From: Flectonema sp. DT1601
Lineage: Eukaryota
Assembly: GCA_964019425.1 (NCBI GenBank)
Contig: OZ025805.1
Location: forward strand, 992,001-1,056,000
Direction of reading: 5' to 3'
DNA: 64,000 nucleotides
Numbering within the stretch: position 1 is the stretch's first letter; the number at the start of each line of letters is the position of its first letter. Made by a program: the position numbers and the translations under genes. A model generated the notes under the pieces. It saw nothing but the letters and a program-made list of their open reading frames with translations, was not told the origin of the DNA and searched no databases. Below are positions 1 to 10,447 of the stretch, piece after piece.

Positions 1-1
1 G

Positions 2-2440
2 ATTCAATTCCGACTCGCAGAGCAAGAGCTTAAGTTAATTGGAGAGAACTTGATGTTCTCATTTAACCCAGATGGTTGGTTTCATCAGATAGTTATTTAT
101 GAAACAATAAGAATATATCTGGGACTAGAAGTAACACATGTGACAACCCATGAACAGCTGAAAACAATCACAGTAGGTCCAACAGAACAAGAAACTATTG
201 TCATTCCATACATCATAGTGTCACGTAGAGCAGCCTACACACATTACATCGTCTTTATTGATATAAATTCTAAATACAAGGGATTTGATATAATCAATCC
301 AACTCCAGATTGTAATGGGATAGAAGATATCATGACGAAGTATCCGTTGAAGGAATACGAATACCACGTTGTAATGAAAACAACGAAAGATATTCCTCCA
401 ATAGACTTGTCTGCACTGGCAATAACAGAGTCACCAGCAAAGGATAATTCCACAACAAAAACTACAGAAGTGGAAATTAAAAAATTCACGGACGAGGAGG
501 ATGTAACAGATCTTGAGACAATGATTTCGGCAATCGAAAAAGCGGACAAAATGAAGCCCAAATCGACACCGGGAAAAGTCAATAAGATAGAGATAAGGGC
601 CGTATCACCACCAAAGATATGCCAGGATAATATACCGACCCTGTACATATCGCCGATGGTGAAGATACCACCATTACCAGTACTACTATCACCAGTGTTA
701 CCAAGACCATCAATAATTCCAATGACAATACCAATAACGATACCGAAGATAATAAAAATGGAACCTTCGGTAATGCAAAAAATTATATCGCTACCATCAA
801 ATAGTTTTCAGAAGACGCTAGTCACTGTAAATAATGCACTTACGGTAGCCCCACCAGCAATCCCGACATTGATGCCAGCAACGATTTCAAAGGTATCACA
901 ATTGGCACCGCCGACTGTACTTCAAAAGAAGACACAAGTCATTGCAAATGATGAACTCACACAGGTCCCGCCGATAATTCCAACAATGATACCAACACCA
1001 ATTACAAATTTATCACAATCGACACCGTCAATTGTACTTCAAAAGAATACACAAGTCAGTGCGAGTGATGCACTTACACAGGCCCCGCCGATAATTCCAA
1101 CGCTGATGCCAGCAAGGATTTCAAAAATATCACAATTAGCACCGCCGACTGTAATTCAGAAGAAGACACAAGTTATTGCAAATGAGACACCTACAATGGC
1201 CCCACCTGCAATCCCAACGTTGATGCCAGCAACGATCTCAAAGGTATCACAATTGGAACCTCCAACTGTACATCAAAGTGTGATTCAATCTATGAAAACG
1301 ATACAATTACCGATTGTATCACCATTGGATCTGGATCATAATGATGTGGATATGATCGATATGCCGTCACCAGCAACAGTACAACTGGATACGGACACTG
1401 ACATGGTAATGGAAACTATGTCACCAGAGACGCAGGAATCACCGGAGCATAGATATGCTGGCGTAATGACTCCATCCAAAGACAGGATGGAGTCACCACC
1501 AATAACTCCGATTAAGATTAAGACTCCACTGAAAATAAAGACGCCTCTGAAGATCGAAACTCCGACTAAAATAATTCCACAAACCCAACAAGCATGTTGG
1601 GATGGAAAGAACCTCGAATTAATACGAAGTTTGTCAAAAGAAAGACAGTTGGAGAAAATAGTCACCACATACAGACTAAGATCAACTACACCACAAACAG
1701 TAGCCAGGAAGATGGAAACACCACCTACTGTAAGCAGTAAAGCCACGAATTCCGGAACAACAATACCGATTACACCACAAAAGGTATCAAGAGTACTAAC
1801 ATACACAGATACAGAGAATATCGGTAAAACTTGCAAATATTGCAATAAATCCTGGAAGTCATTTATTGACCATATCAATAAATGTGGAATATTCAGAGCA
1901 TCAAAAGAATATCCAACATATGTTGATGAAGATGATAACACTTCATTTACGGTCACTGAATACAAAACGGATCCTCGAAATAGTATTGTAACTGTTACAA
2001 AAGATGAGACAGAAACTCATATGTTATCTATCAAAAAGAATGGCAAGTTGGCAACACAAACGGTCGCTGATGAACCAGAGAGAAGCAGTAACAAGAGACT
2101 GAACTCACAGAGTCCAATGCGAATTGTGAGAATCAAAAAATACCTGAGCAACCGGAAAAGGCTTAAAAATGAGTGTACTGAACATAAGTTGGCACAGAAA
2201 ATGAAACTTAAAGAAGTACAAAAACAGAAATTAGCAAAGGGAAAGGAAAAGAAGAAACTGAAATTGGTAAAAAGACTCAACTCGCAGAGTCCAATGAGAC
2301 CGATGCTCAGAAGAAATACTCGAAAGAAAAGAAGCAAACAAGATGAACATGATTCTTCAGATGATATGAGTATTTCACAGAGATCTTCAACTCCAGATAT
2401 CCCTGATGCTAAGGAACAATTATCAGACTTTGATAATTAA
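2..2440 (+). CDS. Intronless Pro/Thr/Ile-rich protein with 39-aa repeats, CX2CX9HX3C zinc-finger-like motif and basic C-terminus; probably encoded by a mobile element; 5'-partial
   Basis: The frame has no stop from position 2, so it runs off the left edge. It is A-rich and lacks the introns and poly-T tracts of host genes. It contains CKYCNKSWKSFIDHINKC and a duplicated KRLNSQSPMR, and is followed by a structured RNA and a dispersed repeat module. Confidence 0.6.
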   Translation: MQFRLAEQELKLIGENLMFSFNPDGWFHQIVIYETIRIYLGLEVTHVTTHEQLKTITVGPTEQETIVIPYIIVSRRAAYTHYIVFIDINSKYKGFDIINPTPDCNGIEDIMTKYPLKEYEYHVVMKTTKDIPPIDLSALAITESPAKDNSTTKTTEVEIKKFTDEEDVTDLETMISAIEKADKMKPKSTPGKVNKIEIRAVSPPKICQDNIPTLYISPMVKIPPLPVLLSPVLPRPSIIPMTIPITIPKIIKMEPSVMQKIISLPSNSFQKTLVTVNNALTVAPPAIPTLMPATISKVSQLAPPTVLQKKTQVIANDELTQVPPIIPTMIPTPITNLSQSTPSIVLQKNTQVSASDALTQAPPIIPTLMPARISKISQLAPPTVIQKKTQVIANETPTMAPPAIPTLMPATISKVSQLEPPTVHQSVIQSMKTIQLPIVSPLDLDHNDVDMIDMPSPATVQLDTDTDMVMETMSPETQESPEHRYAGVMTPSKDRMESPPITPIKIKTPLKIKTPLKIETPTKIIPQTQQACWDGKNLELIRSLSKERQLEKIVTTYRLRSTTPQTVARKMETPPTVSSKATNSGTTIPITPQKVSRVLTYTDTENIGKTCKYCNKSWKSFIDHINKCGIFRASKEYPTYVDEDDNTSFTVTEYKTDPRNSIVTVTKDETETHMLSIKKNGKLATQTVADEPERSSNKRLNSQSPMRIVRIKKYLSNRKRLKNECTEHKLAQKMKLKEVQKQKLAKGKEKKKLKLVKRLNSQSPMRPMLRRNTRKKRSKQDEHDSSDDMSISQRSSTPDIPDAKEQLSDFDN
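809..1275 (+). repeat. ~4 tandem 117-bp (39-aa) coding repeats
   Basis: Units of the form QKKTQVIAN...PPIIPTLMPA.ISKVSQLAPPTV; ttcaaaag recurs at 921 and 1038. Confidence 0.85.
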
Positions 2441-2542
2441 AAACACTTTCTACATTTATTGTAGAAAAGTGCTCCACTAGTAGTGAGCTACGAACTAGTA
2501 ACAGCAAAAAATATGTTTTTTTTATTTATGAACATGAAACAC

Positions 2543-2678
2543 AAAGTAACTACATTCCAGTCCTGCAAACTGGAATGACTCAGTCTCAACATTTGACTGA
2601 CTTACTTCTACACCATACTGATGAGAGAGAATAGAGGTAAGAGGTATATGGATTACTCTCGAAACCTATAGTTACTTT
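2543..2678 (+). ncRNA. Hammerhead ribozyme, non-circularly permuted, inside a five-helix junction
   Basis: Core CTGATGA 2618-2624 and GAAA 2661-2664. Stem I ccata 2613-2617/tatgg 2647-2651. Stem II gagag 2625-2629/ctctc 2656-2660. Stem III agg 2642-2644/cct 2665-2667. GUA cleavage triplet 2644-2646. Extra helices: 2601-2610/2632-2641, 2553-2561/2569-2577, 2580-2585/2595-2600, 2543-2552/2669-2678. Confidence 0.75.
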
Positions 2679-2699
2679 AATATGCTAAGTTGCGCATCA

Positions 2700-2905
2700 C
2701 CCTTAGTCACTGTATTTAAAACTAATGTTAAATTATCTTTATGTTTTTATGATACAACACAGTTGTAATTTTTACAAAATCGAACATACAACCCCCCTCA
2801 CCCCCTTAGTCACTGTATTTAAAACTAATGTTAAATTATCTTTATGTTTTTATGATACAACACAGTTGTAATTTTTGCAAAATCGAACATACATCCCCCC
2901 CTCAC
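2700..2905 (+). repeat. Near-perfect 103-bp tandem duplication of a dispersed terminal module (TTAGTCACTGT...CCCCCT)
   Basis: ttagtcactgtatttaaaac at 2703 and 2806. Close homolog at 51840-51940; weaker homologs at ~9845-9948 and ~51303-51398. Confidence 0.9.
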
Positions 2906-3178
2906 CTCAGGAGGCATGAGACTTGTTGAAAATGATATTTGTGGCATGCTATCACACATAGTGATAGATGGTATTTTTTTTGGGGAGAGTAACATTTCTC
3001 AGTTTAAATCAGTTCAAAAATGATCGAAATTAAACGTTCTGAAGGAATTCGATTGAGTCTGATGAATTATTTACGATCTGAAATCTCTATGAGAACACGA
3101 TACGACAGTTATGTATCCCCTGCTGTAGTCGGGACAACTTACTTTAATAATTCCTATACCAGTTTAAAATATATAAAC

Positions 3179-5683
3179 ATGTGGCCTACTCTACTAGCGG
3201 TAGTATTGTTGATGAGATTTCACAAAGGGTTATCAAGTTCTGAAGAGAACGCAGAAGTAAAGTTAGGAATGGTCTACTTTGGAGAGATAAGTGATGTTGG
3301 ATGGACATATCAACACAATGATGGAATGATAGCAGCGAGAGAAGCATTGGAACGTAGAGGAATCAGTATTTACAGTGAAGTATACGAGCTTGTTAAACCA
3401 TCACAGAGTATTACACTATTCGAACAACTTGCTTCAAGGAATTTCAGTCTCGTGATTGGAACGAGTTTTAGTTTCAGAAATCAAATTTTTAACGCATCTA
3501 AGTACTATCCAAATACAAATTTCTTACATGTCTCAGGTATCGATTCTGGTGTACCAAACTTCAAGACAGCATTCGGTAAATTATATCAATCACGTTACTT
3601 AGCAGGTATTGCTGCCGGAGGTACTTCTAAGACTGGAAAGATTGGATACGTCGCTTCGATACCAATCCCTGAAGTCATGAGATCGATAAATTCATTCTTC
3701 TTCGGGGCTAGAGAAATAAACCCTAACGTGACATTAATCGTAACATGGGTTAATACATTCTATGATGAATCTCGAGAAGAAGAAGCTGCCCGAAGACTTG
3801 TTCACTTGGGATGTGATGTTGTAGGGTACCACACTGACTCTCGTGCTGTTCCGAGATACATGGCGAGAAGAAAGTTATTTTCAGTTGGATCAAACAGTGA
3901 TATGCGAAGAATCATAGGTGAGTCAATTCTATTAAGTGCTTACTTCAATTGGGGTAAGATCTACGAAGACATGATGTACCAGTCGTACACAAAGACGTTT
4001 TCATTAACATCACCATCTCTGTGGTATGATCATGCTCAGGGAGTAGCTGTGGCATCGATGCCGTCATTTAATGTCCCGAAGATCGTATCGTCTGAAATTG
4101 CATTGCGAAGTCAAAAAATGACTCATACAAGTTTTGATCCTTTTTGTCCAGATGATCGTCCTCCTCCAATTGAGTTCAATACATTGACAGGATGTCCTTC
4201 TGAACTTCAAATCTTAACTGAAATATCAACCATTCCTAACAATGTTAATGTCAAGGATATTGGGGATGTACAGTTCTTTGGAGAACTTTGCCCTCCCGGA
4301 ACAAGATACATCGAAACTATTATCATGGACACCTCAATTTATAATATTACATGCGTACCGTGTCAACCAGGAGAATTTTCATTTTTTGAGGGAGTGGAAG
4401 GTGTTTCTAATTGTAGTAAGTGTCTTCCGGGTACATTTTCAACCGATTCTGAGTCATCTGTGTGTTTGCCTTGCTCTATTGGATTCTATGCACCGACACC
4501 TGGGTTATCACTGTGTCATCCTTGTCCTTCAGACTATACAAACAATATCCCTGGATCTCTAGACTGCCCAATAAAAAACCAATCAAAAGTTCTTATTGGA
4601 GTTTTAGCAGGTGTTTGTTCTGCTTTCTTTATTATTGCATTGATATTCACATGGAGATACACTAGAAATGCTCGTAGAATGGCTCTTCTACATTCAAATA
4701 ATTGCATTGCCGAACGCTGCGCCGAATCCATTGCCGCAATGAGATTGGAAGAAGTTGAATATATAAAAAAGATCCAAAGACCTAATAGAATTCAGTTAGC
4801 ATTTATTACGATAGTTGAAAACCTTATTGAATACAGGAGGTATCTACCTCAGAGTATTGTGGATGGTGCTTCAGATGTTAGTAGTGAGGAAGTTGTTAAG
4901 GAGAACTCTCCGCTAAAACAGGATAATTCTGAACAACAACAACAACAGATAGAAATAGTATCAAGTTTTCACAATGTCTCAACTAAAGGAAGTTGCAAGT
5001 CATTAAAATCACTGAAGTCAGGATCTGCATCCCGAAAAAGCTTTTTTAACGGCCAACTAGCCGCTCAATTAGATCTGGGTGTTCGTAGTAGAAAATCGTC
5101 AATTCTACTTGTTGATTTCTCTCATCCAGTTCGTAGTGGGGTTGCGTCAATATTTGAAGTTTCTGCCTCATTCACAACGGATGTTCTCGCAGCCGTAGCA
5201 GCAATCGAGGGAACGATACTTGAGATGCGTGGAGATGGGTGTCTCTCTGTCTGGAATGCATTTAAGCCTTCACCAAGACATGTTTTCCGAGCCTGCAACT
5301 GTGCGATAAATGTAAACAAAAAACTATCATCTCGAAAATTTGAAAATAGATTCTCGATTATAGTCAGTACGGGAATGGTTGCTGTTGGTCACTTTGGAGA
5401 TTTGCAACGACGAGCTCCATTTGTTTTTGGAGTTCCCGTTGCACAGGGCAGGCGTATGTTGTCGCTGAGTGATAAACTGGGCTGCCATGTTTTCTGCTCT
5501 GAAAAGGTTCATGAGGCCGCAAATTCACAGATATTAATGCGTCCGATCGATGTCATTCAAGATATCGACATGGCCAGCAAGATTTCAATCTTCGAATTGG
5601 TGGACATCAAAGACGAGCTCAGCCTCAACAACGACAGTCAATACTCCGAATACCTGTTTGCTTTTAATAGTGTGTACATTGTA

Positions 5684-5716
<33 letters not shown>

Positions 5717-7003
5717 GAAAAAAGAAAAAAGAATAATAATATCCGAAACAAAAACAAAACAGAATTCGTATCTGGAGATTGTTGTGAGGCTCTCGAACTA
5801 TTAAAAGGTCTTCAAACGGAAGGACATGTCCGCAGACTAGTAACACACTGCGAACAGATTATCGCAACAAACCCTGATCACTACTGGAGGAAGTGGGTTG
5901 GTTGGGATGGAGAGAAAGTGTCATGTGCCGAACCTCGCGAAGTGACTTGTGCAGTAGTATCTCCAAAAAACCGTCGTCAGTCAGAGGCACTTCGCTCAGA
6001 TATCAAGGCTGCGGCAGCAAAAAAAGAAAATTCTGACAGCGATTACAGCACTGAGTCTTCAGCTTCACAACAAATACCTGAACGCTTTGTCGGTATGAAA
6101 AAATTATTCTGTTTTTTTTATAATACTTTACTATTCCTGGTCTTTATAAAACACAATTCTAAAACAGACAGAGAAGGCTGCGGATGGAATGTATCCAATG
6201 TTATGTTAGGAAGTGGTGGTAATGGTGAGGTATGGAAAGGAATGGGTGATGACGGAAGCTTAGTAGCAATGAAGTCAACAAGAATGCCAAAGGAACAACA
6301 ACCAGCTAGAAAGAAAATGATGTCACAATCAACAGATCCTTTGAAAGATCTGTTAGTTGAGGTTAGTATGCTTTCTAAATTAGTTCATGAGAACATCGTA
6401 TCAATTATTTCAACTGCGGTTGTTGGTCATACGGTTATACTTATCATGGAACTTGTACCCGGGGGAAGTCTTATGTCTGTTTTGGATCAATTTGGGACTT
6501 TACACTTCGAACCGCTCCGCAGATACTCTAGAGACATCCTTCGTGGACTTCACTTCCTTCACTCAGAAGGAGTGATTCACAGAGATTTAAAACCTGCTAA
6601 CGTTTTGCTTCTCATTGACGGACAAGCCAAATTAGCCGATTTTGGTGCTGCAGCTGAAATTTCAAAAGGAAGTACTCTTGTTCTCGGTACTCCCCAATAC
6701 ATGGCTCCAGAAGCTTGTAGGGGTGAGGCTGTAAAGAAGTCCGACGTTTGGTCATTCGGTATTGCCTTGCTACAGTTAATAACAGGTAAGATGCCATGGG
6801 GAGATGACGTTCCTACTAATAGTGTGGCATTCACTCGTCAACTGTCAAAGAATGAAGGAATGATGCCTGAAATACCGACTGAGTTAGACAGCTCATATGG
6901 TGGCGTTCAAATCCTTGAAATGATCTCAAAATGTTTAACGAGATCTCCTGATTTGCGTATTGGAGTTGATGCTCTGTTGACGGATGTCGTGTTTTTAAAG
7001 TAG
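3179..7003 (+). CDS. Receptor-type protein: signal peptide, BMP/PnrA-like solute-binding domain, Cys-rich repeats, TM helix, degenerate class III cyclase-like domain, STE/MAP3K-like Ser/Thr kinase. join(3179..5669,5763..6092,6168..7003)
   Basis: BMP-type DVGWTYQH..G and KIGYVASIPIPEV. CxxCxPGxF repeats. TM VLIGVLAGVCSAFFIIALIF. Cyclase-like MRGDG and STGMVAVG. Kinase GSGGNG, HRDLKPAN, DFG, YMAPE. The GT-AG intron 5670-5762 restores frame; 6093-6167 is in frame. Confidence 0.85.
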
Positions 7004-8066
7004 TATTTCTTTTTTTTTTTTTTTGCTCAAAAAAACTTCCAAACAAAAATGTTTGTCTCTTCACCAAGAGACTTACTTAGCATTAATTAGATCACCGTAG
7101 GTTACCAGAATAATCCGAAACAAGATTGAGACTTCCAAGTGAGTCGACCAGATCATACAAACTAAGTTTGCTGACGTTAATCTTTTAGTCACATCGAGTT
7201 CTCTCAGCAGCACTCTCAAATATATATCTCCCTTGTTCTGTTTTTTTTTTTAATTTTTTTATTTTTTTTATATTTTTATCTTACGCATGGTAGTGGTGTG
7301 TGGGTTTCTTCTGAAACGCTCACGTGTCTTTTTTAGCGATGTGCAATCGCTCGTGTGGGTCATCAAATAACCACCCTGAAGCGAGTAGTGTGTTTTGTTT
7401 CTGTTCTGTTCTTTAGTGACATCTTCTTCTGAAGTATTTACCTTTTTGATTGTAAGCCATCGTTTTGAATCGTTGTCAACGATGTTTTTTTTTTTTTTTT
7501 TTTTTCCCCCTTATTCTAGTTTTTCTATCTTATTTTCATTTACACAAAAAAAAAAGTATGAACCCTCAAGAATCCAGTGTGACATTATATACAGTTAGAC
7601 TCGCTTAGCACAGATACGATCTTTTACTTACTTACTGATTCATTGTGTGACACGGCAGTCTGGTCTGTACCGTTGCTTGTTTCAGCTGAGAGTCATTTTT
7701 TATTCTGATATATAATTATTTTTGTGTTGCTCAGTTTTTTGGTAGTACTTACTAACTTCTTTTTTAAAGCATTCAGTAGCCCCTTACTAATGATTAGGAC
7801 AGTTTGCAGGGTAAACAGTCCGGTCCTGTTTTCGAATTTCTTTTTTTTAAGTTGTCTTTTCGTGGTAAAGCGGCATTTGACACATGTGGTTAAAAAAAAT
7901 GATTTTTTATATTCTTCTTTTTTTTCTTTTTTTTTTTTTCCCCTTTTGCGAGATGGTATCGACAGTCACATTACAACTTATGGAACTTATGCAATGTCTT
8001 TATTCTATCATGATCAAAAATTATTTTCACTTTTTTTTTAAAAAAAATCTTCTCAGACAGAACAAG

Positions 8067-9047
8067 ATGGCATCGGGCACCATTTTGTTGTTGTTGGTAC
8101 TGGTGCAGGGTCAACCTCAAAGTGAATGCTTGCCTGTGTCTGGAGATGAACGGTGTACCGTTTGTTATTTTATACAACCACCAACTGACTGCGATAACAT
8201 AACAGTTATTCAGAGTGAACCAGAAGGACGCGTAGTATGCAAGGGTGGAATATGTGAGGGTGCTAAATTTCAATGCACAGGCGACTGTTCTATTCAATGC
8301 TCTGATAAAGACACTTGTAAAGACATATCAATCGAGTGCTCTCCAGGAGCGAAATGTAACCTTCACTGTTCGGGTACGGGTGCTTGTTCTGGGACAGTGG
8401 TAGCCCCTGTTGTTGCAGTTTGTGCTCCTGACGACGCGTGTTCACCAGACTTATTAAAATTAACAGTTGACAGTTCTGATAGTAATTCGTTTCTTATTAT
8501 TATTTTGGTGGTCTTGTCTTGTTTACTTCTCTGTTTTGCTTGTCTTGCATTCTATTTGTGTAAGAGAAAGTCTCCACCACCCCCACCAGCACCAATTGTG
8601 TACTATGCTGCTCCGACAAATTTTAGAAAACAGCTTCCTGAGGAATTGAATTCACCAGAAATTCCACCACCAACAAAAAGATTTATAACTGTACCAACTG
8701 AAGTGAAAGAAGTTAAGGCGGCTGTGGATTGGCATCCAAGTTGTGAATGGAGTGACAATTATTTAATGGGATGCGGTAAACCAGCTCAAGTTATTTCAGA
8801 AGACGTTGATGACGCGACAGTACTCCTAAGATTTAATGATATGGATTCAGAAGCTTGGTATCCTATGGCTCTGTTTAATGAAGATGATTGGAGGGCTCAG
8901 TTCCCTGGTAGTCCCTGGATTTCTAACTCAATAGGAAGGGGATACACTTATCGAATTCAAAAAAGTATTAGGGAATCAGGTGGTAGCAGCTACCCTTTCT
9001 CTAAAGGCTACACTTTGAATGACAAGCCTGATGCTCCTTGGGTATAG
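8067..9047 (+). CDS. Type I membrane protein with Cys-rich ectodomain and Pro-rich cytoplasmic tail
   Basis: Signal MASGTILLLLVLVQG, many Cys, TM FLIIILVVLSCLLLCFACLAFYLC. The upstream ORF extension is poly-T noise. Confidence 0.75.
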   Translation: MASGTILLLLVLVQGQPQSECLPVSGDERCTVCYFIQPPTDCDNITVIQSEPEGRVVCKGGICEGAKFQCTGDCSIQCSDKDTCKDISIECSPGAKCNLHCSGTGACSGTVVAPVVAVCAPDDACSPDLLKLTVDSSDSNSFLIIILVVLSCLLLCFACLAFYLCKRKSPPPPPAPIVYYAAPTNFRKQLPEELNSPEIPPPTKRFITVPTEVKEVKAAVDWHPSCEWSDNYLMGCGKPAQVISEDVDDATVLLRFNDMDSEAWYPMALFNEDDWRAQFPGSPWISNSIGRGYTYRIQKSIRESGGSSYPFSKGYTLNDKPDAPWV

Positions 9048-9318
9048 TAATTATGTAAGTGTTATGTTTTCTTTTTTTTTGTATTGATTATGTTAGTCTT
9101 TGTTACCACCTGTTACAAAGGAAAAAAAAAAGGCTTCTTTTTTTGAAAGGCTTGTGTCTTATTGTTTTTTTTTTTTTTCTTCTTTTTGGTAACTGTTGTT
9201 CTTCTTCTATGACAGTAGAGTTGCCTTCGAGAATGTAGGTCTTATTTTTGTTCAGTGGGTAGAATTTGATTTTTTTTTCTATTTTTTTTTTTTTTTTTTT
9301 TGTTCTTTTTTTTTATTA

Positions 9319-9437
9319 TACCGACGTAGTCGGAGAAGAATCGGATGGAAAGCCGTAATTTCTCATGGTCATGATTTATTTTCCCCGTGTGACAGGATTC
9401 TGTCTGCGTTCAACGAAATATAAGGCTAATCTGAATG
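9319..9437. mobile_element. ~125-bp non-autonomous element (terminal hairpin + subterminal IR), copy 1
   Basis: taccgacgtagtcggagaagaa...gtctgcgttcaacgaaatataaggctaatctgaatg is shared with five other loci. Confidence 0.85.
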
Positions 9438-9600
9438 TATTTAATTCTCTCCCTCGTTCGTTATTATGAAACACTTTTATCCCCCTCCTACTGTCTTGTT
9501 AAAACATTTTAACAAAGAAAAAAAAAACTCATATATATTTGAGTTTTTTGTGGGAAATCAGGATTTTTGAGGTTAGTTATTTTTCCCCCTTTACTATTAT

Positions 9601-9948
9601 TTTTATAAAGATTATTTATTTCTTGACGAGACTATATAGGCGAAACCTACACTCTGCCGTATTACATTATACCCTGGTTTTGGTTTCCCAGGGCTCACGA
9701 TTAATTCAAAACTGAATAACTCGATTCCGTACTGCACTGAATGACAACACGGAAAAAGAGACATGTATGCAAATAAGTTAGAAACATTGATTATAATGTA
9801 GAGCAAGTACGTCAATTGCAGAGTGTTAGCCTGTATTAACATTTTTAGTCACTTGTGTCATGAGTTTTTTTTTTAATTTTATTATTGAGCTTTGATACAA
9901 TACAAGAGATTTATATTCGTATGAACCTAATTAAACAGTCTTCCCCCT
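9601..9948 (+). mobile_element. ~340-bp highly base-paired dispersed element, copy A1
   Basis: Nearly identical to 51061-51398 over the first ~240 bp. Nested long-range stems. Ends in CCCCCT, and ttccccctt also occurs just upstream at ~9583. Confidence 0.8.
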
Positions 9949-10447
9949 TACGTGGGTTCTAACATGATCACAAATGTTAGAATTTTCATTATTTATTATA
10001 ATTTTTTTCGTCCCCATGCCGCCTACCGGAGTAATCCCAGTATGACGTTAAAAAGAAAAAAAAAAAAAAAAAAAAAAGATAATTTCTGAAGAACCAATCC
10101 ATCCTAAGTCTTACTTGGATGATATACTTTTTATGCAAATCGTTGTAGTACTCTCTCTTTAGTTTTTAAATTAGTTTTCTTTTTTTGTTTCGTTTCTTTG
10201 TTAAGTTAGTTTGATAGTCGAATACTTTCTTGTGGTTAAAATAACGTCTCTACTCGCCCTGTGAGACTCTCAAGGTTGAGTTACCGAATAACTGGTTCCC
10301 GCCGTGAGCTTCCCCCAGGAGTTTTAACTTCGTCTCTGACTTAAAAAATAAAAAAAATAAAAAAAGTATTTTTGAGTATCACTTTAGTTTATATGTAACA
10401 TGCGATGGTTATAATATTTTTTTATTTTTAAAAAAAAAAGTTGATTG

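Noticed and set aside
9622..9650. Hammerhead-like TTGACGAG...CGAAAC and GAAA-CATT..AATG-TA in element A
   Set aside because: C3 is missing, there is no matching stem I, and these bases fit better in the long-range stems.
9612..9842. Duplicated minus-strand ORF MLIQANTLQ (also 51063-51302)
   Set aside because: A by-product of the repeated element; against gene polarity and not protein-like.
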